This document shows, piece by piece, positions 51,491 through 64,000 of a DNA stretch of 64,000 nt. The position numbers and the translations under genes are program-made. Source of the stretch: Octopus vulgaris (taxonomy: Eukaryota); the NCBI GenBank assembly GCA_951406725.2, contig OX597827.1, positions 7,750,001-7,814,000 of the forward strand. The letters are read 5' to 3'. Within the stretch, counting starts at the first letter, position 1. The number at the start of each line of letters is the position of its first letter. The notes under the pieces are model-generated. The model did no database searches. It saw nothing but the letters and a program-made list of their open reading frames with translations, and was not told the DNA's origin.

Positions 51491-54297
51491 CCTACTCACA
51501 ATAACAGTTGTTTAATATAACACTACAAGTCACTGGTATTTAGGCATTAAAAGACTACATGCTGAAAACAGGGAGATGGTGCAAATATAATCCTTAAACT
51601 ATAAAAACAAAAAATGGGAGTGCATCCATTCACAACTATTATTTTGTAAAACTGGTGCAAAATCAGAGATTGGGGTGAAAGTGCAGCCAGGACCCTCTTA
51701 ACTGTATTATATCCCCTACTTTAAAACAATGCTCTGGATCCTATAGTATTTATTTATTGACAGCAAGCCATGGCATGCACAGATTAACATTAGGACCTTG
51801 AACAACTTGAAACATGCATAGATTAACATTAGGACCTTGAGACATCTTTACATGTAGTCTATTATATTGACTCCATTAAGCAAAAGAATGAATAGCAAAG
51901 ATCAGCTCAGCTGGTTTTTAAATCAGAACTTAAATACCACTATTATTATTATATAGATTGGTTATGGTGATTCATACTGTTCCTTTGTCCATTTATATTG
52001 GTCTCCAGATAACTTCTTAACAACTTCTCTTGCCTTTCATAATTGCATTTTCAACAAAAAATTAGGAAACCATTCGTAGTTTAAACTTACCTGTCTCTGA
52101 CAAAAGTGAATGATCTTATTTTGTTGTTGTTAAATCTGTTATTCTACTTGACTCTTTTTCTCATTTCCAGGTCCCCCAATGAAGAAAAAAGTACTTACAA
52201 CCTTAAGGTCATTCTTATTGTTTTTAATTCAACTAATAAATGAATCTAATATCTTTAGATAGTTATTCAAATTCATTAGTGGGGACTTGATTAAATAAAA
52301 TAATCACATGTGATGAATGAAGCCATAATGTCGAAGAAGTGTAATAGCACCTCATTATTTTGATGTTAATTATTGGCTAAGTTAATAGTCAAGTTCCTTA
52401 TTAATTGAATTTCTCTTTTTTTAAGGAAAATGACTTATTTTTGAAAATGTAATTTTCTAGGAAAACATTCATATTTTTGAAATAGAAAATGCTTTTGGCT
52501 TCTTGATAAACACTTCAACTTTCTTGGGAACCCAAAAAATGAAGAACCTGCTTCATTTTCGTTATCTTTACTTGAAACATCTTCATGTAAACCTTTTGAA
52601 AAAAAATCTTAATGCCCCTGGATAGGTATAGGGAATCCAAAAGAGACATGTTTTGATGCGAGAATTATGGTTTGAATGACACCTGGTCTGCTTTAAAAAT
52701 ATCCAGATAAATATTTAATAAGTTTTGAGGGCATAATTTAAAAATATGCAAGTATTTTATCACTCTATTATTGCATGCTCGTTAGCAGAAGCTGTAACTG
52801 TGTGTTGGATTTCTAACATATTTCTACATAGTAGTTTAGGGAATGACTTAGAATAAGAAGCTTTTTGATTTTTCTTATTTTTTGCATCTGTTTAATCACT
52901 GATTTCAGATTATATTAAGGGGAAATAGAATCAATATCTGACTAGGATTGTTGGCAGGTTTAAATTACCAATGTTTACTATTACTCACCAAAACGAAAAA
53001 TGGCATATCATTTGTCAATTTTGTTATACTGATGTTTAAGACTAATTTCATGCCATTTGTTGTGGTAGTCTGATATCAAGACTGTTTGGTGAGAAGTAAT
53101 ATTAATGTGTATTAGTTCTGCTTTATTGTGTATTATTCCACCCATTCCAAATAAACCCTCCTTTGGTAGTGGAGACACGAACTCAAAGATCGCCTCCTCC
53201 TTTTATTATTTTTATATTTTATCCTTCAGGAGCCAATGTCCATAAAATAAAATACCGGTCAAGTGCTGGGATTAGTGTAATCAACTTTACCCATCCCTAA
53301 TATTTGTGGATTTTTGCCTAAATTATAGAACTAAACATTTATTTGCATTCGACAGTATTAATGAATGTTAACATTTCCTGGCCTTCTTTGATGACGATGT
53401 TATCAACATTAATCTGTAAATCAGTGTAGTTCACAAAAACAGAATCCATCTAATACATTATACCAGTGGTTTTCAATGCAAGAACTATCTAGATGTGCCA
53501 CAGATTCTTAGAAAATTCATACTAATGCTTGGGTATCTTGAAAAGTAGTTATTCATAAATTTTGTTAACCCAAGTATGATTAATAAAATAAAAGCTTTCA
53601 ATATTTTTTGAAATTTTTTAAAACTTTCAAATGGTTGTTTTTTCTTTTTTCTAGCTTTTCCCACAAAGTGTGCTCATATTTTTTTTTTTTTTTTTTGTAT
53701 TTGATCTTTAGTGTATCACAAATTTTAAAATATTGAGACTACTAGGTTATATACAAATACACCTTTAAGATCTCAAGCAAAATAATACGTATTCAATAAT
53801 GAAAACATTAGTACAGTATTTGTTTCACTTTCTGAAATATAATTTCAATTTTTTTTTTTTTTAATAAAGATAAAAATGTAATTTCAAATGCAAATAATGT
53901 TTGTATGTATTTAACATCGTAAATGTAATTTCAAATGCAAACAAAATATATTTATACACTTCGAATGTAAACGAAATATATTTACAAACTTTTATCTATG
54001 TACCTGGTCATGGTTTAAAATGAAAACATGAGAAAGAGTGTGTGTAACAGAAAGAACGAGAGAGAGAGAGAGAGAGTGGTTGATTACAGAAATTCATTCC
54101 TAAAAGTGAAAGAGTACTTACTATAGTGTAATGTTTTCATTATCAAATATAGGACTACACTGCTTTTGCTATTTGCTGTTTGGTACAATAACTCACCAAT
54201 GGAACCATTCCCTGCCTGAAAGCTGTTCTTTACTAAGAGGAGTAAGTTAATGTATTAACATATTCCTGTTTGCGAACTGTTTGCCGATGCTATAGAG

Positions 54298-54636
54298 CAG
54301 TGGTTGTGAACCATTTTTACCTTTGGACCCCTTTGATTACTACTTTATTCCAGTGCCCCTACCCCCAAACCACTCGATGTTTGGAAACTAGTTTGATAGA
54401 TACTTTTTTCAAAATTCCTATTCTGTTTCTCAAACATTAACTTGTGTAGGTTGAACTATGTCAAATGTTAAGGAAAGAAACCTGTTTCTTGTGGTAGTTA
54501 CATCTAAAACAAAAATTTTTTCAATGACCCCTAAAATACTACTGTGGATCTCCAATTTACTATTTTGCTAGCATGGACCCTTCAAAATCTTATACGGACC
54601 CTCAGGGGTCATATGAATCCCAGTTGAGAAGCACTA
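54298..54636. mobile_element. hAT (Charlie-like) MITE
   Basis: Ends CAGTGGTTGTGAAC / GTTGAGAAGCACTA; 8-bp TSD CTATAGAG / CTATAGAA. Confidence 0.78.
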
Positions 54637-54834
54637 CTATAGAATATCACAGGTTTCTTCATGAGATTCTGTTGTTTGGTGTCTGTTCAAGTTTCGAGAG
54701 TTTATCTTGTTTGGCAAGTGGTCTGACATTTCGTCTCAGATCTACCCTGATATCTAGCAGGCTTATGATATAAAGCAATCCAGTTGTAGTCAGCCTGTAT
54801 TTTAGTGGTGGGGACTACATTAGCTAATGTAATG

Positions 54835-55623
54835 TTGTTTGTTCCTTCTTGAGCCATGCCTGGCTCATTAGGCCGGTTTCCTGGTTTCCTTGGCGTATAG
54901 GTTCCCCACCTGGATAGGACGCCAGTCTGTCACAGGTGAGCTGCAAGATGCAGGAGGAAAGAGTGAGAGAAAGTTGTGGCAAAAGAGTCAGCAGCAGTTC
55001 ACCATTACCTTCTGCCGGAGCCATGTGGAGCTTAGGTTTTTCACTCATAAACACATGCGTCACCCGGTTTGAGATTCGAACCTGCGATCCCTCGACCGTG
55101 AGTCTGCTGCTCTGACCACTAGGCCATGTGCCTTCACAATGCAATGTTATAAAAACCACAAATCTTGTTAGATACAGCTACTCAAGGTTTCCTGGTCGAA
55201 ATAATAAGCTATTTCACCATTTTTAAAGCTTAGAACAAGATTAGTGGTTTTTATTATAACATTGTATATGTTGAGGCACAAAGCAAAATTTAAAATGTTT
55301 GTACTAAAAGACTGTGTGTGGAGGCACATGGCCTAGTGTTCAGAGTAGTGGACTCGTGATTGAGGGATCGTCGGTTCAAATCTCAGACTGGGCAATGTGT
55401 GTGCTTATGAGTGAAACATTTAAGCTCCACGTGACTCCAGTGGACGGTAATGACAAACTTCTGATGACTCTTTCACCACAACTTTCTTTCACTCTTTCCT
55501 CCTACATATAGCAGCTCACCTGTGATAGACCTGCATCTCATCAAGGTGGGGAACCTATATGCCACTGAAACCGGGAAACTGGTCCTTATGACCCATTCAT
55601 GGCTCAAGAAGGAACAAACAACA
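54835..55623. mobile_element. Head-to-head inverted pair of family C-variant SINEs (54835-55137 minus, 55318-55623 plus)
   Basis: Same tRNA head as family C but a different 3' half (cacctgtgacagactggcgtcctatccagg..catggctcaagaaggaacaaacaac); ~180 bp spacer. Confidence 0.85.
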
Positions 55624-55658
55624 AAAGATTGTGTAGATAAAACTTGCTTACAAGCTGT

Positions 55659-56180
55659 TATAATAATAATAATAATAATAATGAAATTATTGTATACAGT
55701 GCTCAGGTGCACCACAACTTGTCAAAAGTGCATATAAAGCACATGTAGTAATGTACAAATGTCTGGGAAGTGAACAATGTATGAGCCAGATACATGCTTG
55801 CGTGTATATGGAGGGGAGAAAATCAGGTGTAGTGTTGGCGAATCTCAGGAAGCATGGAAGTTTTGAAGGATGCAGTGCTCCAACAACTAACTGATGCTGG
55901 GAGTTTGTTCCATACTTCAGCGACTCTTAGCGGGAAAAAATGTTTCCGAAAGTCATGGGAGCTGTGCTGTTTTCTGACTTTGTAAACATGTAGGGGGTCA
56001 TGGGAGCTGTGCTATTTTCTTGGCGAATCTCAGGAAGCATGGAAGTTTTGAAGGATGCGGTGCTCTGACAACTAACAACTGATGCCAGGTGTTTGTTCCA
56101 TACTTCAGCAACTCTCAGCGTGAAAAAATGTTTCCAAAAGTCATGGGAGCTGTGCTATTTTCTGACTTTATAAACATGTT
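55659..56180 (-). mobile_element. CR1-group LINE 3' end with an internal ~185-bp tandem duplication
   Basis: Reverse-complement homology to ~17960-18200; (TAA)n tail at 55659-55682; 55836-56020 is repeated from 56021. Confidence 0.85.
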
Positions 56181-57099
56181 GTAGGGGGTCATGGGAGCTG
56201 TGCTGTTTTCTGACTTTGTAAACATCTTGTAGGGGGTCATGGGAGCTGTGCTATTTTCTGACTTTGTAAACATGTTGTAGGGGGTCATGGGAGCTGTGCT
56301 GTTTTCTGACTTTGTAAACATCTTGTAGGGGGTAATGGGAGCTGTGCTATTTTCTGACTTTGTAAACATGTTGTAGGGGGTCATGGGAGCTGTGCTATTT
56401 TCTGACTTTATAAACATGTTGTAGGGGGTCATGGGAGCTGTGCTGTTTTCTGACTTCGTAAACATGTTGTAGGGGTTCATGGGAGCTGTGCTGTTTTCTG
56501 ACTTTGTAAACATGTTGTAGGGGGTCATGGGAGCTGTGCTATTTTCTGACTTTGTAAACATGTTGTAGGGGGTCATGGGAGCTGTGCTGTTTTCTGACTT
56601 TGTAAACATGTTGTAGGGGGTCATGGGAGCTGTGCTGTTTTCTGACTTTGTAAACATGTTGTATGGGGTCATGGGAGCTGTGCTGTTTTCTGACTTTGTA
56701 AACATGTTGTAGGGGGCCATGGGAGCTGTGCTGTTTTCTGACTTCGTAAACATGTTGTAGGGGGCCATGGGAGCTGTGCTGTTTTCTGACTTTGTAAACA
56801 TGTTGTAGGGGTTCATGGGAGCTGTGCTGTTTTCTGACTTTGTAAACATGTTGTAGGGGGTCATGGGAGCTGTGCTGTTTTCTGACTTTGTAAACATGTT
56901 GTAGGGGGTCATGGGAGCTGTGCTGTTTTCTGACTTTGTAAACATGTTGTAGGGGGCCATGGGAGCTGTGCTGTTTTCTGACTTTGTAAACATGTTGTAT
57001 GGGGTCATGGGATCTGTACTATTTTCTGACTTTGTAAACATGTTGTATGGGGTCATGGGAGCTGTACTATTTTCTGACTTTGTAAACATGTTGTGAGGG
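56140..57099. repeat. Minisatellite, 20 x 48 bp, derived from a CR1/flank junction
   Basis: Unit GTCATGGGAGCTGTGCTGTTTTCTGACTTTGTAAACATGTTGTAGGGG; the first ~40 nt match the LINE at ~17957-17996 in reverse complement. Confidence 0.96.
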
Positions 57100-57793
57100 G
57101 TCCTTCTCTATAGTCTGTAATTCCCTCGCTGTATCATTGAATCATGGAGAACTTACCATAGTTCTTCTTCTGCCCACCTCTTCTCCTTTCGTCTTTGCTT
57201 TGCTTTTTGGCTTTGTCACAAAAATTCAGTGTTCATAAGAGATTAGTAACTAATGGTCATTTTCAATTTGTTTTCTCCAGTCATGTTAAAAGTAGTAAGA
57301 TCAATTGAATATATACATTACAGCTAGATGTAAATGGTATATATTTCACTAAGATATTTTCTAATTCCAGCTATCTAATTATTTTTGTCATTGTAATTTC
57401 CTATTCTTTTCATTATCATGCTCTGCTGATACTTTTCTTTCACCACACCAGACACACTCAGTTTCTTTCTCCCCCATTCTCTTACTTTTAATGCTAATTT
57501 ACATATTTTATCATTAAATACATTACATTTCTCCTCTCCTGCAGTGTTTTTGCTTTATCTTTCAGTCTCATTTCACACTTAGGTGCTAATTGCTTTTGGG
57601 GGAAAGGCATGAACGTCCTAACACCCATTCCCACCCACAAGGTGGAATGACAGATGAGTTTGACTATGAACAGTAGTAAAGCAATTGACTTTATTTATTA
57701 CTCTTCTGTGAAATAAATACACTATTGATCGAAAGATGTGTGCATGTGTGTTTGTGGAAATACATGTATAAATTACACATGTATATGTGTGTG

Positions 57794-57880
<87 letters not shown>

Positions 57881-59249
57881 GTACATATATACACATATCG
57901 TTTATATATATATGCAAGCACATATATATGTATGCATATATATGTATATGTAAGCATATATATATGTATATATACACATATATGTGTGTATATGTGTGTA
58001 TATACATGTATGTAAATATATATATTTATATATATATATGTGTGTGTGTGTATCTATATATTTGTGTGTGTATATATATATGTATGTATATATTTGTATA
58101 TATATATATATATACACACATACACACACACATATATGTATTATGTATGCATGTATGTATATATGCAAGAGAAAGGTAGATAGACAGATGGATAGACCGA
58201 TAGACACACAGACATGCATACATACTGAAAGGAAAAGAGATGCACACAAACACATTTTTATCAGGTATTGATTATTCTTAGAAACTAAAAAAATAGTAGT
58301 TTGAAGTGTTTTTATTGCTAGTAAATATTGATATTGTTGAAGAGTCTTACTGCGTTAAATAAAGACACATCAAGTCAAGATGAAGCAAGTTTAATGAAAT
58401 TTTGTCATCTTTCAAATATTCCCTTTGGGACTTGTGTAGTTAAAAAGGCTATAAGATGTCCTTCAGAATCAACAACAGTAGCTCTAGGCCTTTGATTTTT
58501 GAGTTGGTATACTCAACATGAGATTAAGTAATTGACTTTTTAGATAGAATAGTCATTGGGTGGAAAATGTTTTTCCTATTTCATGATATATTCTAGTCTG
58601 GTGTGAGATTTTTGGGAGGTTTTTTTTTATGTAAAAACATTTTAAGAAAGACTGGTGTAGAATATTTTAAGCTTAATATATTACGAACAATATATAACAT
58701 CAAATATGTGAAATGTATTGCTAATGATACAAAATATGTTGATTTCTAAAATCGTTACAAAAACAACTTTGGTTGGAACAATAATCACATTAAGTCAGAT
58801 AAGTTTTATTTTTTAATAAAAACTACTGTGTTAGTCCCATTGTGCACAGTTTTGGTTTCTCTCAGAACAATATTTAAGCCTGATAACTGTAGCTTTAAAT
58901 GATAAGATGCCTGTAATCTTAAGTCAATTTCTCTCTGATTGATACAATATACTTTAAGATGATTAACTGGGAATTGTAGAATGAAAATTTCAGTCAAGGT
59001 GAAAGCAAATGATGCGTTAAAAAGTATTATAATAATGATAATAATCCTTCCTACTCAAATTTTGTGGGAGGAGACTTGTCGATTATATCAAACCCCAGTG
59101 TTTCACTGGTACTTAATTTATTGATTCTGAAAGGATGAAAGGCAAAGCTGACCTTGGTGGAATTTGAACTCAGAGCATAAAGACAGGCGAAATGTATAGT
59201 AATAATAATAATAATAATGATAATAATGATAATAATGATAATGATAATA

Positions 59250-59293
<44 letters not shown>

Positions 59294-59577
59294 CCTGTCT
59301 ACTATAGGCACAAGGCTTGAAATCTGTTGGGAGGGGATAAGTCAATTACATTGACCCCAGAACTCAACTGGCACTTATTTTATCAACCCCGAAAGGATAA
59401 AAGGCAAAGTCAACCCCAGCAGCATTTGAAACAAGGCCTTAAATTTGGGGAAGGGAACTATAAATTGTATCAATGCCAGCACTTGATTAGAACTATATTT
59501 TATCAAGCCTAGAAGAATGGAAGATAAAATTGATCTCACTAGGATTTGAAGCTGTAATATAAAAAGAAGTGAAACAT

Positions 59578-59972
59578 AGGCGCAGGAGTGGCTGTGTGGT
59601 AAGTAGCTTGCTAACCAACCACATGGTTCCGGGTTCAGTCCCCACTGCGTGGCATCTTGGGCAAGTGTCTTCTGCTATAGCCCCAGGCCGACCAATGCCT
59701 TGTGAGTGGATTTGGTAGACAGAAACTGAAAGAAGCCTGTCGTATATATGTATATATATACATGTGTATGTGTGTGTGTGTTTGTGTGTCTGTGTTTGTC
59801 CCCCTAGCATTGCTTGACAACCGATGCTGGTGGCGGTTCGGCAAAAGAGACCGATAGAATAAGTACTGGGCTTACAAAAGAATAAGTCCCGGGGTCGATT
59901 TGCTCGACTAAAGGTGGTGCTCCAGCATGGCCACAGTCAAATGACTGAAACAAGTAAAAGAGTAAAAGAGAG
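59578..59972 (+). mobile_element. SINE family A with an intact head
   Basis: AGGCGCAGGAGTGGCTGTGTGGTAAG ... AAACAAGTAAAAGAGTAAAAGAG. Confidence 0.9.
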
Positions 59973-61974
59973 TAATATATTACAAGGCATTTTGTATGAT
60001 ATTCTAATGATTCTACCCATTTATTTTGTAAAGTTACTATCTAAGGTATTCATGAAAAATAATTCATCATGTTGATGCAATGTCGTATAAAAGGTAATAA
60101 AAAAATGAAAACTAGCAATAACATATAAAAGGTGTTTTATTTCATTGTTAACTAAATACTGTCAGTAAACTGGGAAGCATGAGAGTTGGGTCCATAAACA
60201 GAATCCTACAGCACAACATATTGATCTGCAGACGATAATGTGTTGCAAATTTTTAGACAGAGAAACAAAATTGGAAATGTGTTTACGACAGTTTTAAAGA
60301 TAATGTCATAACAGACATCATTTTAACAACCCTGTATGCTGAACTTGACCAAGACTTGAGGTCTGTCAAGCTCCAACATTTTTATATATTTCTTTCTATA
60401 TGCAATATTTAGGAAGCCAATATTTCAATTTATTGCACACTGCTGAGATGAAATGAAACTTATTCAAATATATTATGACAGCAAACCTCATAGCCAGGTG
60501 GAGAAGTTTTTGTTAGGTTTATAGGAATATCCCCATTTGTTGCAGTTCCATGCAAATATAATTATCAGCCAACATTTATATCAATTTTGTGCTTTTTGTT
60601 TTGCCTATTAGATGATTTGTGGTAGATATATTCTAATAGTTGTTATCTTCACCCTTGTCAAAATCCTAGCAACAACCACGTACAAAGATCCATGTATGCA
60701 TGAGTGTGTGTGTTACTATCTTCTTGTCTTGTCATCTTGTGATAGTTGTAAGCAAAAGTCACTATCATGCATGTTCTGCCCTTCATTTCCAATCTTCCAT
60801 AAAAGTATGTCCGGTCACGGGCAAATATTACCTTACTTGGAAACAGTTGAGGGTTGGAAATAGGAAAGGCATCTGCCTCAACAAATTCTACCCAACCATT
60901 GAGAGCATGAAAAAGTGGGTATTAAAATGATGATGTCTCACGATGAGGTTTATAACCAGAAAAAATTATAATTGTAGAAATAATCTATTCGTAAGTGTAA
61001 TCTAAAAAATTTGTGACTATAGGAAACCAGATACAAAAGTAAATATATTATAAATAATTTGTTTTACACAGACCAAAGTTCTAGATTTGTAAGAGAAAGA
61101 AAATACAGTCTAGGTTTATGCCTTTCTGAAGAACATTAGTGATCTAAGTAAGGTGAAATGTCTACAACTGAGATACGAAAACTGTATCCATACACAGCAC
61201 ACTAGGAGGCTAATAATGTTAGGTTAAAAGAAATTTATTAACAACAGCGAATGGTGAAATAAAGCCATTATCAAAAATGTTAATGTGTTTTGCAAATATT
61301 TCTTTTAATACATGAACTCATTATGTCAAGAACTACATAGAATAACACTCATATCCAATATTTTCATGACATGTCTTTTATGTAAAAATACTCTAGACAA
61401 AGTAGAGTTTATTGAATTAATATTGTTTCTTAAGAATCTCAATTACCTTGCCAGTAAGTTACATTTTGGTCTTAGTAAAAACAAGTACTTAAAAATATAA
61501 ATTCTCTCACAAAGATTTAAGTAAATATTTATTATTAGAATATGAACATTTTTCCGAGATATTAACACAATATATGGTTGCTTGAAAGAGTAATAAATCC
61601 TACTATATGAAATATGACACAATGTATAAAAAAAAGAATATAAAAAAAAAGAATTTTTAAAAACAAAGTAATAAAGAATAATGTTGAACATTATTAAGAT
61701 AAATCACTATATCTTTGAGAAGGAAAACAATTTCAAATGTGAACACATCTTCTAATATGGGCTACTACGATCCTGAGATATTTCAGTAAGAAAGCATGTA
61801 TCAATAGATTAGAGGACAACTTGAGAAAAAAATAAGACAATAAGGGAGATTCTTCTTGGTTACTCAAGTTGCTAGAAATAGCAGCTATATCTCCTTCCTC
61901 CAAACCATAAATCTAACAACTTAACAAGAAAAAAGGGGATTCATTAAATAATGTAGTCCAATAAATATACTCTT

Positions 61975-63262
61975 CTTTTTCTCTTTACCTTTTACTTGTT
62001 TCATGCATTGGCCTGCAACCATGCTGGAGCACTGCCTTAAAGGGTTTTTAATTGAACAAATCAACTCCAGTAGCTATTTAAAGTTCGGTACTCATACTAT
62101 TATCTCTTTTGCTGAACAACTAAGATATAGGGATGTAAACAAACCAACATCAGTTGTCAAGTGGTAGGGATAGAAACAAATGCAAAGTCACTCATGCACA
62201 CACACAAAAGTTTGTACACACATATATGTGATGGGCTTCTTTCAGTTTCCATTGACCAGATCCACTCATAAAGATTTCATAATTTCAGAGCTACAGCAGA
62301 AAACACTTGCCCAAATTGCCTCACAGTGGGACTGAACATAAAACCATGTGATTGGGAAGCAAACCTCTTACCACACAGCCATGCACTGCACTGCTGTTTG
62401 AAAAATAAGATGAAAATAAAAATACAGATGGTGCCCCAGCATGGCCACACCTCATGAGCTGAAACTAGATCAAATCAAATCCTAAACAATGGCATGGTCA
62501 TAGGAACTTGAACACATTTTGATCACTGGTCAGCTTGAACAGTATTAACCTTGGGTTCATTAACAACTTGGTAGAATAGCTATCATTCAAACGTATTTGA
62601 TCGTAAATAAAATGCTATAAATAAAAAATTCCAATTAATTACTGCGATGATATCTATTAATTAAGTTCTCTCTCAAAGTACACAACTCTTTGAACTATAT
62701 GTTACACAAGTAAACAAAACTTCATAGATAAACTCAATCGGATGCTAAATATTATTACAAGTTCTGAGAAGAAATCTAAGAATTCAGCTGTAAGTAAATT
62801 TTAATTTTTTTTTTCCCAATTTTCCAAATACCTATAAAGACAAGTATAAACGTTTGTCCCTTAGCAACATATACTTATCATTTATCATTGACACTCGAAA
62901 ATTTACAGCTGTGGTTGTTGTAGTAAGAAGCTTGCTTCCCAACCACATGGTTCTGGGTTCACTTCCACTGCAGGACACCTTGAGCAGGTGACCTCTACTA
63001 TAGTCTCATGCCAACCAAAGTAGATGGATACTGAAAGAAGCCCATCGAATATATGTGTGTGTGTATGCGTGTCTTTGAGTCTGTGTTCCACACACACACA
63101 CACACACACACAATTGCTTGACAGCCGATTTTGGTGTTTTTACATCCACATAACTTAGCAGTTCAGCAAAAGAGACTGATAGAATAAGTACCAGGTTTAC
63201 AAAGGATAAGTCCCGAGGTTGAATTCTTCAACTAAAACCCTTTAAGGCAGTGCTCCAGCATG
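61975..63262. mobile_element. Two diverged SINE family A copies, head-to-head (61975-62382 minus; 62907-63262 plus)
   Basis: Homology to family A in opposite orientations. Confidence 0.75.
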
Positions 63263-64000
63263 TAAAATAAAAAAAGAACTACGAATTAGCTTTGGTAAAT
63301 CTTTAATTTCATGTTGAATGTATGAGCACATAGCATCGATATGACTAAGTGATCTTTTGTTATCTATTAGAGTGCTGAAGTCTCCAAAATATGACATTAG
63401 ATATGGCCTGGTGTTCAGTACAACAGCAGTGGTCAGCAAAAACTACATTGCGTTGAGCATCTATTATAGCAGAGTTGGACAGAATGTGTCCATAGATCTT
63501 TATTTTGTCTAATATTTATACCAGAGATGTTTTGAGTTTTCATGAGAAGTCAGGTGTATGGACCCGGACGAATGTGAAGCTCTTTCATAAACCAGATTGC
63601 AGCAGCACAGAGAAGAATGCTTTCTTCACAAAATTTGGCCATCAAGTATTTTGAAGGCAACAAGGCTGAACATTAGAATGAGGCAAATTGTGAACAAGCT
63701 TATATAAAATAAAATGTGATCTTCTAAAATGATTATATATATTATTAAATAAGTAGAAATGTAGTTAAAATGTATGAATATCACATCTTGAATTCTTTTC
63801 TTGGCTTTAACCATTAGACAGAAGGCGTATTCAGGCAGTATTTAAAAGGTCTCAGTGAATCTTTTCAATCATAGTGCTTATTTTTGTTTGTTTGGCAATT
63901 ATTTCATCAATCTCTCTTTATCAAATTGCTAAGTTATTTTTTTTTTTAACTTAAAAGTATACTATTCAACATACTAGCTTACACTGGTAAAAATAAACAT

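Noticed and set aside
51776-51850. 39-bp tandem duplication
   Set aside because: Ordinary two-copy slippage with no further structure.
53464-53745. Possible second hAT MITE (CAGTGGTTTTCAA ... TTGAGACTACTA)
   Set aside because: The right TIR matches poorly and there is no clear 8-bp TSD.
56140-57099. CRISPR-like array, or a 324-aa repeat protein gene
   Set aside because: The units are contiguous with no unique spacers, there are no cas genes, and the context is eukaryotic. The unit is LINE-derived, and the ORF follows from a stop-free 48-bp unit.
57151-57235. Minus-strand donor ATG|GTAAGT after a Lys/Arg-rich frame (FCDKAKKQSKDERRRGGQKKNY)
   Set aside because: An in-frame stop lies just upstream and there is no adjacent acceptor.

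Overview
AT-rich, microsatellite-dense eukaryotic DNA. The protocadherin type and SINE repertoire suggest an octopus (coleoid cephalopod); this is an inference. The only convincing gene is a minus-strand protocadherin. One ~2.46 kb exon (13539-16000) encodes the signal peptide, six cadherin repeats, the TM helix and a cytoplasmic stub. It is bounded by a strong splice acceptor and a consensus phase-0 donor, so the 807-aa ORF is probably a large internal exon rather than the complete gene. The rest is intronic or intergenic: three tRNA-derived SINE families (~40 copies), CR1, Dong/R4 and L1/Tx1 LINE remnants, a deleted mellifera-type mariner, a Helitron, piggyBac- and hAT-type MITEs, and Penelope-like pieces. 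The most notable observations are: (1) a minimal hammerhead-ribozyme motif in both arms of a ~285 bp inverted repeat; (2) variable-exon-like protocadherin architecture with a Ca2+-ligand-poor EC3-EC4 linker; (3) retroelement insertions flanked by very long direct duplications (~500 and ~115 bp); (4) a 20x48 bp minisatellite built from a LINE/flank junction; (5) a Helitron whose empty site survives in a nearby inverted duplicate; (6) several inverted SINE pairs able to form long dsRNA. Nearly all other ORFs in the track are microsatellite or SINE artefacts. All alignments were done by eye, and repeat coordinates are approximate.
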